From Brevibacterium luteolum (GTDB lineage Bacteria > Actinomycetota > Actinomycetes > Actinomycetales > Brevibacteriaceae), in assembly GCF_013004595.1 (NCBI RefSeq), contig NZ_JABEMC010000001.1:496001-560000 (forward strand): DNA of 64,000 nt, read 5' to 3'. The position numbers and the translations under genes are program-made. Below the pieces are notes generated by a model. It searched no databases. It saw nothing but the letters and a program-made list of their open reading frames with translations, and was not told the DNA's origin. Positions 1 through 9,659 of this stretch are shown piece after piece; position 1 is the stretch's first letter; each line of letters starts with the position of its first letter.

Positions 1-2
1 CC

Positions 3-1301
3 ACTCCGCCGATCGCCGGCGCGGACCTGTGGAACGCCGAGACCACCGCAGCCTCCCCGGCACAGCTCGAATGGGTCCAGGACGCCGGACGCACGAGCTT
101 CGTCATCGGCACCGACGGAGAGAATCCGGCCGCCTCGAAGGTGACGCTGGCCTGGCCGAACGACACCGCAACCCCGTGGGCGATCCCGCTCATGATCATC
201 GGCGCGATCCTCATCGGACTGGGCATCCTGGCCGGCTGGTTCAACCGCAAGAAGGCCATCCGCGAAGCCCAACGCCGGCAGGCCCGCCAGGAGCGGCGCA
301 AGAAGCTCGCCCAGACCGGTGCCGCGTTTGCGATCGTGCCGGTCATCGCGCTTGCCGGCTGCGGTTCCGAAGAGGTGCCCAAAGCCAAGCCGTCTGACCC
401 GCCGGAGACCCCGGTGGCCGTCATCGACGACGGGCAGGCCGAGAAGATCCTCAGCCAGGTCGCCGAGACCGTTGCCGCCGCAGACAAGGACACCGACGCT
501 GAAGCGCTCACGGCCCGTGCCGACGGCCCGGCTCTGCAGCAGCGCGAAGCCGCCTACAAGGTCAAGGGCAAGGCCAAGGACGCCAAGTTGCCCCCGGCCG
601 TCGCTGCCGATGAGATCGCCCTGAACTTCACCGCCGCCTCCGACCAGTGGCCGCGGGTGACCGAACTGGTGACGAAGAACGCCGAGGACGGCAGCCTGCA
701 GCTGCTCGTGCTCTCCCAGGCCGACCCGCGGGCTGACTACAAGCTGTGGGCGCAGACCGTCATCCTCGGCGGCGCCCAGATCCCCGAGGTCGCTGATGCC
801 CGGCAGGGCGCAGAGCTGCTCCCGGCAGACGCCGAGGGCCTGCGCCAGACCCCGGCCGACACCGTGAAGAAGTACGCTGAGGTGCTCGCCAAGGGCAAGG
901 ACGCCAAGGATGCCGGCGCCTACACCGAAGACGCCCTGCGCAAGCACATCGCCGATGCCCAGAAGAAGCAGAAGGACACCCTGTCCGAAGGCAAGGCGAA
1001 AGTCGAATACAAGTACGAAAGCGGCCCCGAGGTCGTCGCCCAGCGCACCGCCGACGGCGGGGCACTGGTGACCGGCTCGATCCGCGGCACCTCGACGATC
1101 ACCCCGGACAAGCAGGACGACCGCACCGGCGAGATCACTCTGCCCAAGACCCAGGCAAAGGTCACCGGCGAGAAGACGACGAAGAAGAAGCTGGAGACCG
1201 AGTTCCAGTACATGGTCACCTTCGTCGTCCCGCCCGGTGAGGACGGCCAGATCACCCTTGTCGGATTCAGCGAAGCACTCACCGGAGCCAAGCTGCTCTG
1301 A
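3..1301 (+). CDS. Membrane protein with internal lipobox-like motif; 5' end lies outside the window
   Basis: Frame is open from base 3 to the stop at 1301. TM segment (WAIPLMIIGAILIGLGILAGWF), Arg/Lys-rich linker, then VIALAGC and a large polar domain. Confidence 0.8.
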   Translation, partial: TPPIAGADLWNAETTAASPAQLEWVQDAGRTSFVIGTDGENPAASKVTLAWPNDTATPWAIPLMIIGAILIGLGILAGWFNRKKAIREAQRRQARQERRKKLAQTGAAFAIVPVIALAGCGSEEVPKAKPSDPPETPVAVIDDGQAEKILSQVAETVAAADKDTDAEALTARADGPALQQREAAYKVKGKAKDAKLPPAVAADEIALNFTAASDQWPRVTELVTKNAEDGSLQLLVLSQADPRADYKLWAQTVILGGAQIPEVADARQGAELLPADAEGLRQTPADTVKKYAEVLAKGKDAKDAGAYTEDALRKHIADAQKKQKDTLSEGKAKVEYKYESGPEVVAQRTADGGALVTGSIRGTSTITPDKQDDRTGEITLPKTQAKVTGEKTTKKKLETEFQYMVTFVVPPGEDGQITLVGFSEALTGAKLL

Positions 1302-1338
1302 GTTGCAGCCGCCCCATGCGAAAGGAACCCACACGAGC

Positions 1339-2298
1339 ATGACCGAACACCCAGGAAACCCCGCCGCCGGCAGCCAGGGACTCGACCTGTCCGCCGTGCG
1401 CAGCCGCAGCCAGGCCGAGACCGCACCCGCCGCCCCGGTCGGCGGCGCACCCGCCGGTGGTGCACCGGCTGCGGGTGCCGACACCGTCAGCGTGCCGGCC
1501 CTTGTCTTCGACGTCACCGAGGAGACCTTCAACGACGTCGTCGAACTGTCGATGAGCGTCCCGGTCGTCGTCGACCTGTGGGCCGACTGGTGCGGGCCGT
1601 GCAAGCAGCTCTCCCCGGTGCTGGACAAGGTCGTGTCCGACTTCGGCGGCAAGGTCGTGCTCGCCAAGGTCGACGTCGACAAGAACCCGCGCCTGCAGCA
1701 GGTCTTCCAGGTCCAGTCGATTCCGACGGTCGTGGCGATCCTCAAGGGCCAGCCGGTGCCGCTGTTCCAGGGCGCCCAGCCCGAACCGCAGGTCCGCCAG
1801 GTCTTCGAACAGCTCGTCGCCGCAGCCGCGCAGAACGGCGTGACGAAGACGGCCGTGCCTGCCAGTGAGCAGGCCCCGGCCGCCGCCGGTCCGGCCCACC
1901 CCGAGGCGATCGAAGCACTCGAACGCGACGACCTCGACGGTGCCGAGCAGATCTACCGCAAGGCTCTCGCCGAAGCACCGGCGGATGAGGAGGCCCGCCT
2001 CGGACTCGCCCGCGTCGGCCTGCTCAAGCGCGTCAAGGACGCCGATCCCGAGGCGGTGCGCGCGGCAGCGGCTTCTGACTCCACCGACGTCGACGCCGCC
2101 CTGGCATGTGCGGACCTCGACACCGCCGGCGGACACGTCGACGACGCGTTCAACCGGCTGCTGACGATCCTGCCGAGCCTGACCGGAGACGACAAGGAGC
2201 GTGTGCGCACCCGCCTTGTCGAGCTCTTCGACGTCGTCGGTGCTGAGGACCCGCGGGTGACGAAGGCCCGCTCCCGCCTCATGCGCGCCCTGTTCTGA
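1339..2298 (+). CDS. ybbN: Thioredoxin-domain/TPR co-chaperone (YbbN/CnoX family)
   Basis: WCGPC thioredoxin motif followed by a helical TPR-like C-terminus ending ARSRLMRALF; AAAGGA upstream of ATG 1339. Confidence 0.9.
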   Translation: MTEHPGNPAAGSQGLDLSAVRSRSQAETAPAAPVGGAPAGGAPAAGADTVSVPALVFDVTEETFNDVVELSMSVPVVVDLWADWCGPCKQLSPVLDKVVSDFGGKVVLAKVDVDKNPRLQQVFQVQSIPTVVAILKGQPVPLFQGAQPEPQVRQVFEQLVAAAAQNGVTKTAVPASEQAPAAAGPAHPEAIEALERDDLDGAEQIYRKALAEAPADEEARLGLARVGLLKRVKDADPEAVRAAAASDSTDVDAALACADLDTAGGHVDDAFNRLLTILPSLTGDDKERVRTRLVELFDVVGAEDPRVTKARSRLMRALF

Positions 2299-2306
2299 AC
2301 CGGCCT

Positions 2307-2339
2307 TCCGGCTGGTCGCCCTAAGGTCGGCCAGCCGGA
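2307..2339 (+). terminator. GC-rich hairpin after ybbN
   Basis: tccggctggtcg...cggccagccgga inverted repeat just after the stop; no U-tract. Confidence 0.5.
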
Positions 2340-2417
2340 TCACCGCCGGATCGCCGCTGACCAGCTGACCGTTCCGCCGCCCATCTGTTCCCGCACGAGA
2401 AAGGACCGCTCAACCGC

Positions 2418-4175
2418 GTGGTTCGCCTCATCCTCGCTGCCTTCTCCGCCATCGTCGGGCTCGTCTGCGCTGCCCTGTCGCTGTCAGCGCTGTCAGTCGT
2501 CGGCGCCGATGACATCGTCGACACCGCACCATCCCAGGTGCACGACGGCGCCTACGCCTTCGTGCTTAACCCGCAGCTGGTGCCGTTCGAGAACACCGAG
2601 GCGACCCTGCAGGTCAGCGGGGACAAAGACCTGTTCATGGGCACGGCCAGCGGGGTTGATGTCGACAGCTACCTCACCGGCATCGCCCATGAGGAAGTCA
2701 CCGAGATCGATTTCCCGCAGGCGCTCAAGACCCGGTTCGTCGATGGGGAGCCGGCACCGCTGAACGACGCGGCCGGCCGGGACTGGTGGACCGCCTCGCA
2801 GACCGGCAGTCAGCTGTCGCACACCTTCGACCTCGACGCCGAATCCGGTGAGGTCATCGTCGTTGCCCCAGCCGACCCGGAGGGCAACCTCGATGGAGTC
2901 GACGTGCAGCTGAAGATGGACACCGGGGGAGTGTTCCCCGCCAGCCTCATCGGCCTGGCCATTGCGATCCTCGCCTTCGGCGCGGCCGCCTACTTCCTGC
3001 TGCGCTGGCTCGACGCCCGGCCCGGACGCCGGCGCCGGCTGCGCCGCGAGTACGGCCGCGGGGGATCGGGCCGCGGCGGCTCAGGAGGCTCCGGCATGTC
3101 CGACCTCGGAAACCGGGCGAAGGACCTGGCCGGCCGGACCGCCGCCTCGGCCAAGCGCGCGACGGCGCGGAAGAACCGCAGCCAGCGCACAGCCCAGCGA
3201 GCGCGGAAGGCCACCGGCATCGGCTCCGTCGTCACCCTCGGAGTGCTCGCCGGCTGCTCACCGCTGCCGGTCGCCCAGCCCTCGAGTCCGAACCTCACCG
3301 AATTCGAGCGCCCAGCCCTGCGGGCAGGCGAGGCCGGAGAGTTCCTCACCTCCTACACCGAACGTCTCGACGCCAGCCTCAAGGGTGACGAGGACCAGCT
3401 CGACAAGATCCAGGCGCCGCCGCTGCTCGACCGCACGCGCGCCGAGATCCTCATCGCCAAGGCCGGCAAGACGGAGCTCTCGGCGGTGAACTTCGACCAG
3501 ATCGTCGCCGGTGGGCCGTCGTTCGCCGAGTACCCGATGTGGTTCATCGCCTTCGGCAAGCCCGCTGAGAGCGATGAGACCGTCCAGGCGATGCTCGTGA
3601 CCCGCGAATCGGCAGGCGAGGACTGGCAGGTGACGCAGAGCCTGTTTGTCCCGCAGGAGAACGTGCCGACCCTCGTGGCCGGCGGCACCGGCGCGGTCGA
3701 GCAGTCGGGCAAGGAATTCACCGAGCTGGGCACCACCGCCAACGAAACCCTCCAGCAGTACCTGGAGACCGGTGAGATCCCAGAGAACGACCAGAGCATC
3801 GAATACGCCTCAGACGCCTTCACCGGGTTCCGCGACTATGTCGATGAGATGGCCGGCAACGACGAGGCCTTCGAGGACACGAAGGTCACCTGCGACCCCT
3901 ACGACCAGGCGACCGTGCCGCTGGCCTCCCACGGGCTCAAGACCGAAACCGGGGACGTGTCCTTCGGCGAAGTGCGGTGCGCGATCGAACTCAAGGTCCG
4001 CTCCGGCGGGTCGATCGACGTCGGCGAAGAGCTCGAAGCTGTCATGACGAGCGACCTCGAAGGCGGCAGGCTGGTCATCAGCACCTCGATCCCCTACATG
4101 CTGCTCGGCTCTGAGCAGACGAACCTCATCGTCGGTTCCGACTGGTTCCTGCTCGAAGCCCAGACCACCGACTGA
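2418..4175 (+). CDS. Membrane protein with internal lipobox-like motif, same architecture as 3..1301
   Basis: N-terminal TM, extracellular-type domain, second TM, Arg/Gly-rich linker, LGVLAGC, acidic C-terminal domain; AAAGGA RBS. Confidence 0.8.
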   Translation: MVRLILAAFSAIVGLVCAALSLSALSVVGADDIVDTAPSQVHDGAYAFVLNPQLVPFENTEATLQVSGDKDLFMGTASGVDVDSYLTGIAHEEVTEIDFPQALKTRFVDGEPAPLNDAAGRDWWTASQTGSQLSHTFDLDAESGEVIVVAPADPEGNLDGVDVQLKMDTGGVFPASLIGLAIAILAFGAAAYFLLRWLDARPGRRRRLRREYGRGGSGRGGSGGSGMSDLGNRAKDLAGRTAASAKRATARKNRSQRTAQRARKATGIGSVVTLGVLAGCSPLPVAQPSSPNLTEFERPALRAGEAGEFLTSYTERLDASLKGDEDQLDKIQAPPLLDRTRAEILIAKAGKTELSAVNFDQIVAGGPSFAEYPMWFIAFGKPAESDETVQAMLVTRESAGEDWQVTQSLFVPQENVPTLVAGGTGAVEQSGKEFTELGTTANETLQQYLETGEIPENDQSIEYASDAFTGFRDYVDEMAGNDEAFEDTKVTCDPYDQATVPLASHGLKTETGDVSFGEVRCAIELKVRSGGSIDVGEELEAVMTSDLEGGRLVISTSIPYMLLGSEQTNLIVGSDWFLLEAQTTD

Positions 4176-4219
4176 CGGGCGGACCGGCAGGCTGCCTGAC
4201 TGTTCAGGCGCGGTCACGT

Positions 4220-4279
4220 CAGCCGCGGCAAGCTCAGCCGCGGCATGCCCAGTTGCGGCATGTCCTGCCGCACCACACT
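4220..4279. repeat. Degenerate 15-nt tandem repeat (about 4 copies) between convergent genes
   Basis: cagccgcggcaagct / cagccgcggcatgcc / cagttgcggcatgtc / ctgccgcaccacact. Confidence 0.7.
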
Positions 4280-4692
4280 CAGACACGGTCGGCTGCCACG
4301 CGCCTGCCGACCCGGCGCAGCCACAGCAGCCCGACGATCGGCAGCACGAGCGGGATGAAGCCGTAGCCGATCCCGAACAGCGACCACACGCTGGGCTTTT
4401 GGAACAGCTCCGGGTGGGTGAGGCTGAGGAACCCGACGACGATGACACCGATGAGTTCGAATGTCGTCGCAGCAACCGCGATCCGGTGCGAGGTGCGCGA
4501 GCCGATGACGAGGCAGACGGTGGCGATGATGTAGACGACGGCTGCGAGTGCGGACAGCGAGTACGCCAGAGGCGCCTCGTGGTAGTCGCGGATGAGCTGC
4601 ACACCGGCGCGTGCGGTGGCCGCCAGGGCGAAAATCCCGTACACCGCGGTCAGCCCACGGCCGGGACCGGTGTGCATGGCCGAATAGCTCAC
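4279..4692 (-). CDS. Conserved actinobacterial integral membrane protein
   Basis: Four hydrophobic helices, SVWSxFGxGYGFIPLVLP motif; GTGA-coupled to the upstream gene. Confidence 0.8.
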   Translation of the reverse strand: MSYSAMHTGPGRGLTAVYGIFALAATARAGVQLIRDYHEAPLAYSLSALAAVVYIIATVCLVIGSRTSHRIAVAATTFELIGVIVVGFLSLTHPELFQKPSVWSLFGIGYGFIPLVLPIVGLLWLRRVGRRVAADRV

Positions 4693-5039
4693 AGCCAAAT
4701 CTGATCCATCCTCTCAATCATGATGCCCACGGTCGCGGCAGCGGCGGCCAGCACACCGGGGCCCCAGCGGCTGAGTTCGGCGAACGCCCAGAATCCGGCC
4801 AGCGGCAGCAGCACGATCGCGGTGAACAGGTAGCCGAAGAACAGCACCCCGTCGGTGTCGCCGGACTGGCCCCACATGACGATCGAGACGACGAGCTGGA
4901 CGAGCAGCAGGAGCAGCAGCACGCTGGCTCCGCCGAGCATGAGGATGCCGGCTGGCTTGTTGCGGATCGTCTGCACAAGCGCCCACAGGCACAAGCCGGC
5001 CGAGGCGGCGAAGAGGGTGTAGGTCAGTACGGTGAGCAC
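4689..5039 (-). CDS. Small integral membrane protein
   Basis: Four TM segments; TAAAAT -10 element 7 nt before GTG 5039 suggests a leaderless start. Confidence 0.8.
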   Translation of the reverse strand: MLTVLTYTLFAASAGLCLWALVQTIRNKPAGILMLGGASVLLLLLLVQLVVSIVMWGQSGDTDGVLFFGYLFTAIVLLPLAGFWAFAELSRWGPGVLAAAAATVGIMIERMDQIWL

Positions 5040-5086
5040 GCCCAATATTTTAGACCCACGCGAGGCTGCCGCGTAGAATGGGGTCA

Positions 5087-6352
5087 GTGCGCGTCTATCT
5101 CGATCACGCCGCCACCTCGCCGATGCCCGCTGAGGTGCTGACGGCCTTCACCGAAGAACTCCACCGCGTCGGCAATCCCTCGTCGCTCCACGCGGACGGT
5201 CAGGCTGCCCGGATGCGCATCGAAGCCGCGCGTGAAACCCTCGCCGACTGCCTCGGCGCCACGACCGCCTCTGAGGTGATCTTCACCTCCGGCGGCACCG
5301 AAGCCGACAACCTCGCCCTCAAGGGCATCTTCTGGGCCCGCAACGCAGGCCGCACCGCCGGACCCTTCGACCGTCCCCGCGTGCTCGTCTCCGCGATCGA
5401 GCACCACGCGATCCTGGAGACCGCCGAATGGCTCGAATCCTGCGGGGCTGAGCTTGTCATCCTTCCGGTCGATGAGACCGGACGGCTCGATCTGGCCGCC
5501 GCCGAGGCGGAGATCGCCGCGGCACCGCAGCGCACCGCCCTCGTGTCGGTCATGCTGGCCAACAACGAGATCGGCACCCTCCAGCCGGTCGCTGAGCTCG
5601 CCCGCATCGCCGAACCTCACGGCATCCCCGTGCACACCGATGCGGTGCAGGCCTTCGGGCAGGTGCCGGTGAACTTCGCCGAGCTCGCGGTCGCTGCGAT
5701 GACGGTGACCGCCCACAAGCTCGGCGGGCCGGTGGGCATCGGTGCGCTCGTGCTCGCCCGCGACCTGACCCCGGTGCCGGTGCTGCACGGCGGGGGACAG
5801 GAGCGCAAGGTCCGCTCCGGCACCCTCGACGTCGCCGGGGCTGCCGCCTTCGCGGCCGCCGCCGAACGCGCCTGCCGCACCCTCGACTCAGCTGAGACCG
5901 CACGGCTGCGCGACCGGCTCATCGCCGGCATCGAAGAGCGCATCCCGACCGCCCGGCTGTCCGGCCGGCGCGGGGATGAGCGGCTGCCGAACAACGTCCA
6001 CATCGTCTTTCCCGGCTGCGAAGGCGACGCGCTGCTGTTCCTGCTCGATGCCGCCGGCTTCGCCACGAGCACCGGCTCGGCCTGCCAGGCCGGCGTCTCC
6101 CGGCCCTCCCATGTGCTCATGGCCTGCGGGGCCGATGAGGACACCGCCCGGTCCGTACAGCGCTTCACCCTCGGCCCGGAGACCACCGAGTCCGACATCG
6201 ACGCGCTGCTCGACGTGCTGCCGGGCATCGTTGAACGCGCCGCCAAGGCCGGCATGGTCTCTGCCGCCCCGTCATGGCAGGCGACCACCGCCTCGGGCCC
6301 GGCGACCACCGCCTCGGGCGCGGCCGCCGCATCTGCAGGAGGACAGTCATGA
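5087..6352 (+). CDS. iscS: Cysteine desulfurase (IscS/NifS family)
   Basis: [31 protein letters not shown] (PLP Lys), STGSAC; TAGAAT 7 nt before GTG 5087. Confidence 0.95.
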   Translation: MRVYLDHAATSPMPAEVLTAFTEELHRVGNPSSLHADGQAARMRIEAARETLADCLGATTASEVIFTSGGTEADNLALKGIFWARNAGRTAGPFDRPRVLVSAIEHHAILETAEWLESCGAELVILPVDETGRLDLAAAEAEIAAAPQRTALVSVMLANNEIGTLQPVAELARIAEPHGIPVHTDAVQAFGQVPVNFAELAVAAMTVTAHKLGGPVGIGALVLARDLTPVPVLHGGGQERKVRSGTLDVAGAAAFAAAAERACRTLDSAETARLRDRLIAGIEERIPTARLSGRRGDERLPNNVHIVFPGCEGDALLFLLDAAGFATSTGSACQAGVSRPSHVLMACGADEDTARSVQRFTLGPETTESDIDALLDVLPGIVERAAKAGMVSAAPSWQATTASGPATTASGAAAASAGGQS

Positions 6353-7527
6353 GGATCCTTGCCGCCATGTCCGGCGGCGTCGACTCCGCAGTCGCCGCCG
6401 CCCGCGCCGTCGACGCCGGCCACGAGGTCGTCGGCGTGCACCTGGCGCTCTCGCGGATGCCCGGCACGCTGCGCACCGGCTCGCGCGGCTGCTGCACGAT
6501 CGAGGACTCCCGCGACGCCCACCGGGTCGCCGGCATGCTCGGCATCCCCTTCTACGTGTGGGACTTCTCCGAACGGTTCAAGGAGGACATCGTCGATGAC
6601 TTCATCGCCGAATACTCCGCCGGGCGCACCCCGAACCCGTGCATGCGCTGCAATGAGCGCATCAAGTTCGCAGCCCTGCTCGACCGGGCGCTCGCGCTCG
6701 GCTTCGACGCGGTGGCGACCGGCCACTACGCCGAGATCATCCGCGCTGACGACGGCACTCCCGAGCTGCACCGCGGACTCGACCTGAACAAGGACCAGTC
6801 CTATGTGCTCGGCGTGCTGACTGCCGAACAGCTCGAACACTGCTATTTCCCCATCGGGGCCTCCGCCTCGAAGGCCGAGGTGCGCGCTGAGGCCGCCGAC
6901 CGTGGCTTCCCGGTGGCGAACAAGCCGGACTCCTACGACATCTGCTTCATCCCCGACGGCAACACCAAGGCGTGGCTGGCCGACAAGATCCCGATGCGGC
7001 CGGGCCTCATCAAGGACGAAGCCGGTGAGGTGCTCGGTGAGCACGACGGCGCGATGACATACACCATCGGCCAGCGCAAGGGACTCGGAATCGAGAAGCC
7101 GGCCGCTGACGGCAAACCGCGCTACGTCGTCGGCATCGATGTTGCTGACAACTCCGTGACCGTCGGGCCCAAGCAGGCGCTGCGCGTCGACCGGCTCGAA
7201 GGCATCCGCACCACCTGGTGCGGGCTTCCGCCAGCCGACATCGGCGACAGCAAGACGACCGCGATCGACTGTGAGATCCAGATCCGTGCGCACTCCGATC
7301 CGGTGCCAGCCCGCGTGTGGCTCGGTGAAGTCGATGAGACCGTCCCAGCACACGAGGAGAACCTGCCGGCACCCCGGCCGCGCGGACAGATCATGCACGT
7401 GGCCGTCGAGGAGCCGCTGTCCGGTGTGGCCGCCGGCCAGACGATGGTCGTCTACCGCGGCACCCGCGTGCTCGGCCAGGCGACGATCGACCAGACCGCC
7501 CGCAGCGCCGAACTGCTCGACGCGTGA
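6349..7527 (+). CDS. mnmA: tRNA 2-thiouridine(34) synthase
   Basis: [47 protein letters not shown] overlap with iscS. Confidence 0.97.
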   Translation: MRILAAMSGGVDSAVAAARAVDAGHEVVGVHLALSRMPGTLRTGSRGCCTIEDSRDAHRVAGMLGIPFYVWDFSERFKEDIVDDFIAEYSAGRTPNPCMRCNERIKFAALLDRALALGFDAVATGHYAEIIRADDGTPELHRGLDLNKDQSYVLGVLTAEQLEHCYFPIGASASKAEVRAEAADRGFPVANKPDSYDICFIPDGNTKAWLADKIPMRPGLIKDEAGEVLGEHDGAMTYTIGQRKGLGIEKPAADGKPRYVVGIDVADNSVTVGPKQALRVDRLEGIRTTWCGLPPADIGDSKTTAIDCEIQIRAHSDPVPARVWLGEVDETVPAHEENLPAPRPRGQIMHVAVEEPLSGVAAGQTMVVYRGTRVLGQATIDQTARSAELLDA

Positions 7528-7604
7528 GCCCGCACGCGGCTGCGGCTGCGCTGTGCGATCCGGGGAGCGCGGGCAGCGTCCGTGCGGTTCGGTAATCTGT
7601 GGCC

Positions 7605-9659
7605 ATGACCATCGCGCCATACGGTTCCTGGCCGTCTCCGATCTCCGCCGCCGATGTCGCTGCCGGCTCCGAGCCGATCAGCGACGCGCGCTTCATCGGC
7701 GATGCCATCATCTACGCCGCCCGCGTCAGCTCCGAAGGCGGACGCACCGGCATCGTCGTCAACCGATCCGGTCACCTCGGCGATGAGATCCAGTTGCTGC
7801 CACCGAACTTCAGCGCTCGCTCCCGCGTCCACGAATACGGCGGCTGCCCCTGGGCCGCCGACCCAGCAACCGGCACGCTGCTCTTCGTCAACGCCGACGA
7901 CCAGCGCATCTACCGCCTCGACATCTCCGCCGTGCTCAATGGCTCGGCACCAGCACCCGCCTCACCGCCGGTGCCGATCACCCCGGACACCGACATGGCG
8001 ATCCGCTATGGGGACCTGACCTACACCGGTGGGCGGATCCTCGCCGTCGAGGAGACCCACGAACACCTGCTGCCCGGCGCCTCGGGAACGGAGATCGCCG
8101 ACGCAGCCAGCACACGGGCCTCCGAGCAGCCGATCACCCGCAGCATCGTCGCCGTCGACGACTCCGGTGTCACCCGCCTGGCCGACGGGGCGCGGTTCCT
8201 CGCCTGGCCGCGCATCAGCCCGTGCCAGACGCTGCTGTCGTTCATCGGCTGGGAGCACCCGCACATGCCGTGGGACGAAACCGCCGTGTTCCTCCAGCCG
8301 CTCGACGCATCCGGCGCACCCGACGGGCCGGTCGAGAAGATCTACTACCGGCCGGGCGTCTCCGTCCTGCAGCCGGAGTGGCTCTCACGCACCAAGCTCG
8401 CCGTCACCGCCGACCCGACTGGCAGCTGGCAGCTGACTGGACTCGACGTGCCGGCCTTCCGCGCTCAGGCGCGCGGAGACAAGGGCGTCATGCCCGCCGA
8501 GGAGGAGCCGCTGCTCAGCATAGAAGGCGAGATCGGCGGCCCGCTGTGGCTGCTGGGCGAGCAGCACTACCTGCCCGTCGACGGCGGCAGCCGGGTGCTC
8601 GCCGCCGCACGCTTCGGCACCAGCCGGCTCATCTGGGCAAGCCCCCGCTCACACGAACACCAGAGCCTTGACTGCCCGCTGTCCGACATCGGGCTGCAGG
8701 ACTACCGCAACGGCACCGCCCTCATGATCGGCGGATCCTCCGACCGGGTCCGCGGACTCTACACGTACACCCTGGCCACCGGCGAACTCGAACCCGTCGC
8801 CCTCTCAGCAGCCGCCCCGGACCGCACCCGGGCGGCCTACTATCCGCGGGCAGAGCTGCGCGAATTCGACGGCATCCACGCGATCGTCTACCCGCCGCGC
8901 CACCCCCACTACACGGCGCCTGAGGGCGAGAAACCGCCGTATGTCGCCTTCGTCCACGGCGGACCGACCGGCCAGGCAACGCCGAAGGTCTCCGCCCATC
9001 ACGCCTTCTTCACCTCCCGCGGCATCGGCGTCATCGACGTCAACTACCGCGGCTCCACCGGCTACGGACGCGCCTACCGGGATGCGCTCAAAGACCAGTG
9101 GGGCATCGTCGACGTCGCCGACACCATCACCGCCGTCACCGGGCTCGTCGACGCCGGCCTGGCAGATGCCGACCGGCTGGCGATCTCCGGCGGATCCGCC
9201 GGCGGCTGGACGGTCCTGCGCGCCCTGACCACCACCTCGGTGTTCGCCGCCGGCGCCAGCTACTACGGCGTCGGCGACCTGCGGGCCCTGGCTGAGGAGA
9301 CCCACGACTTCGAATCCCGCTACCTCGACGGACTCGTCGGCGTCTACCCCGAAGAAGCCGAACGCTACACCTCGCTCGCCCCGGTCAACCTGCTCGATGA
9401 GCTCAGCGTGCCGGTGGCGATCTTCCAGGGCGAAGAGGACCCGATCGTCCCGCCGAGCCAGGCCCGCCTGCTCATCGAGGCTCTCGAAGCCCGCGGCCTG
9501 CCCTACACCGCGACCTTCTACCCGGGTGAATCCCACGGCTTCGTCCAGACTGCCAACGTCACCGACTCCCTCGAACAGGAGCTGTCGTTCTACGGGCGCG
9601 TCATGGGATTCGACACTCCCGGCCTGCCGGCCGCCCGGATGAAGGGCCGCGGCCGGTGA
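7605..9659 (+). CDS. S9 family (prolyl oligopeptidase/acylaminoacyl) peptidase
   Basis: APYGSWPSPI N-terminus, HGGPT, GGSAGG nucleophile, D..VP and ESHGF catalytic motifs. Confidence 0.92.
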   Translation: MTIAPYGSWPSPISAADVAAGSEPISDARFIGDAIIYAARVSSEGGRTGIVVNRSGHLGDEIQLLPPNFSARSRVHEYGGCPWAADPATGTLLFVNADDQRIYRLDISAVLNGSAPAPASPPVPITPDTDMAIRYGDLTYTGGRILAVEETHEHLLPGASGTEIADAASTRASEQPITRSIVAVDDSGVTRLADGARFLAWPRISPCQTLLSFIGWEHPHMPWDETAVFLQPLDASGAPDGPVEKIYYRPGVSVLQPEWLSRTKLAVTADPTGSWQLTGLDVPAFRAQARGDKGVMPAEEEPLLSIEGEIGGPLWLLGEQHYLPVDGGSRVLAAARFGTSRLIWASPRSHEHQSLDCPLSDIGLQDYRNGTALMIGGSSDRVRGLYTYTLATGELEPVALSAAAPDRTRAAYYPRAELREFDGIHAIVYPPRHPHYTAPEGEKPPYVAFVHGGPTGQATPKVSAHHAFFTSRGIGVIDVNYRGSTGYGRAYRDALKDQWGIVDVADTITAVTGLVDAGLADADRLAISGGSAGGWTVLRALTTTSVFAAGASYYGVGDLRALAEETHDFESRYLDGLVGVYPEEAERYTSLAPVNLLDELSVPVAIFQGEEDPIVPPSQARLLIEALEARGLPYTATFYPGESHGFVQTANVTDSLEQELSFYGRVMGFDTPGLPAARMKGRGR

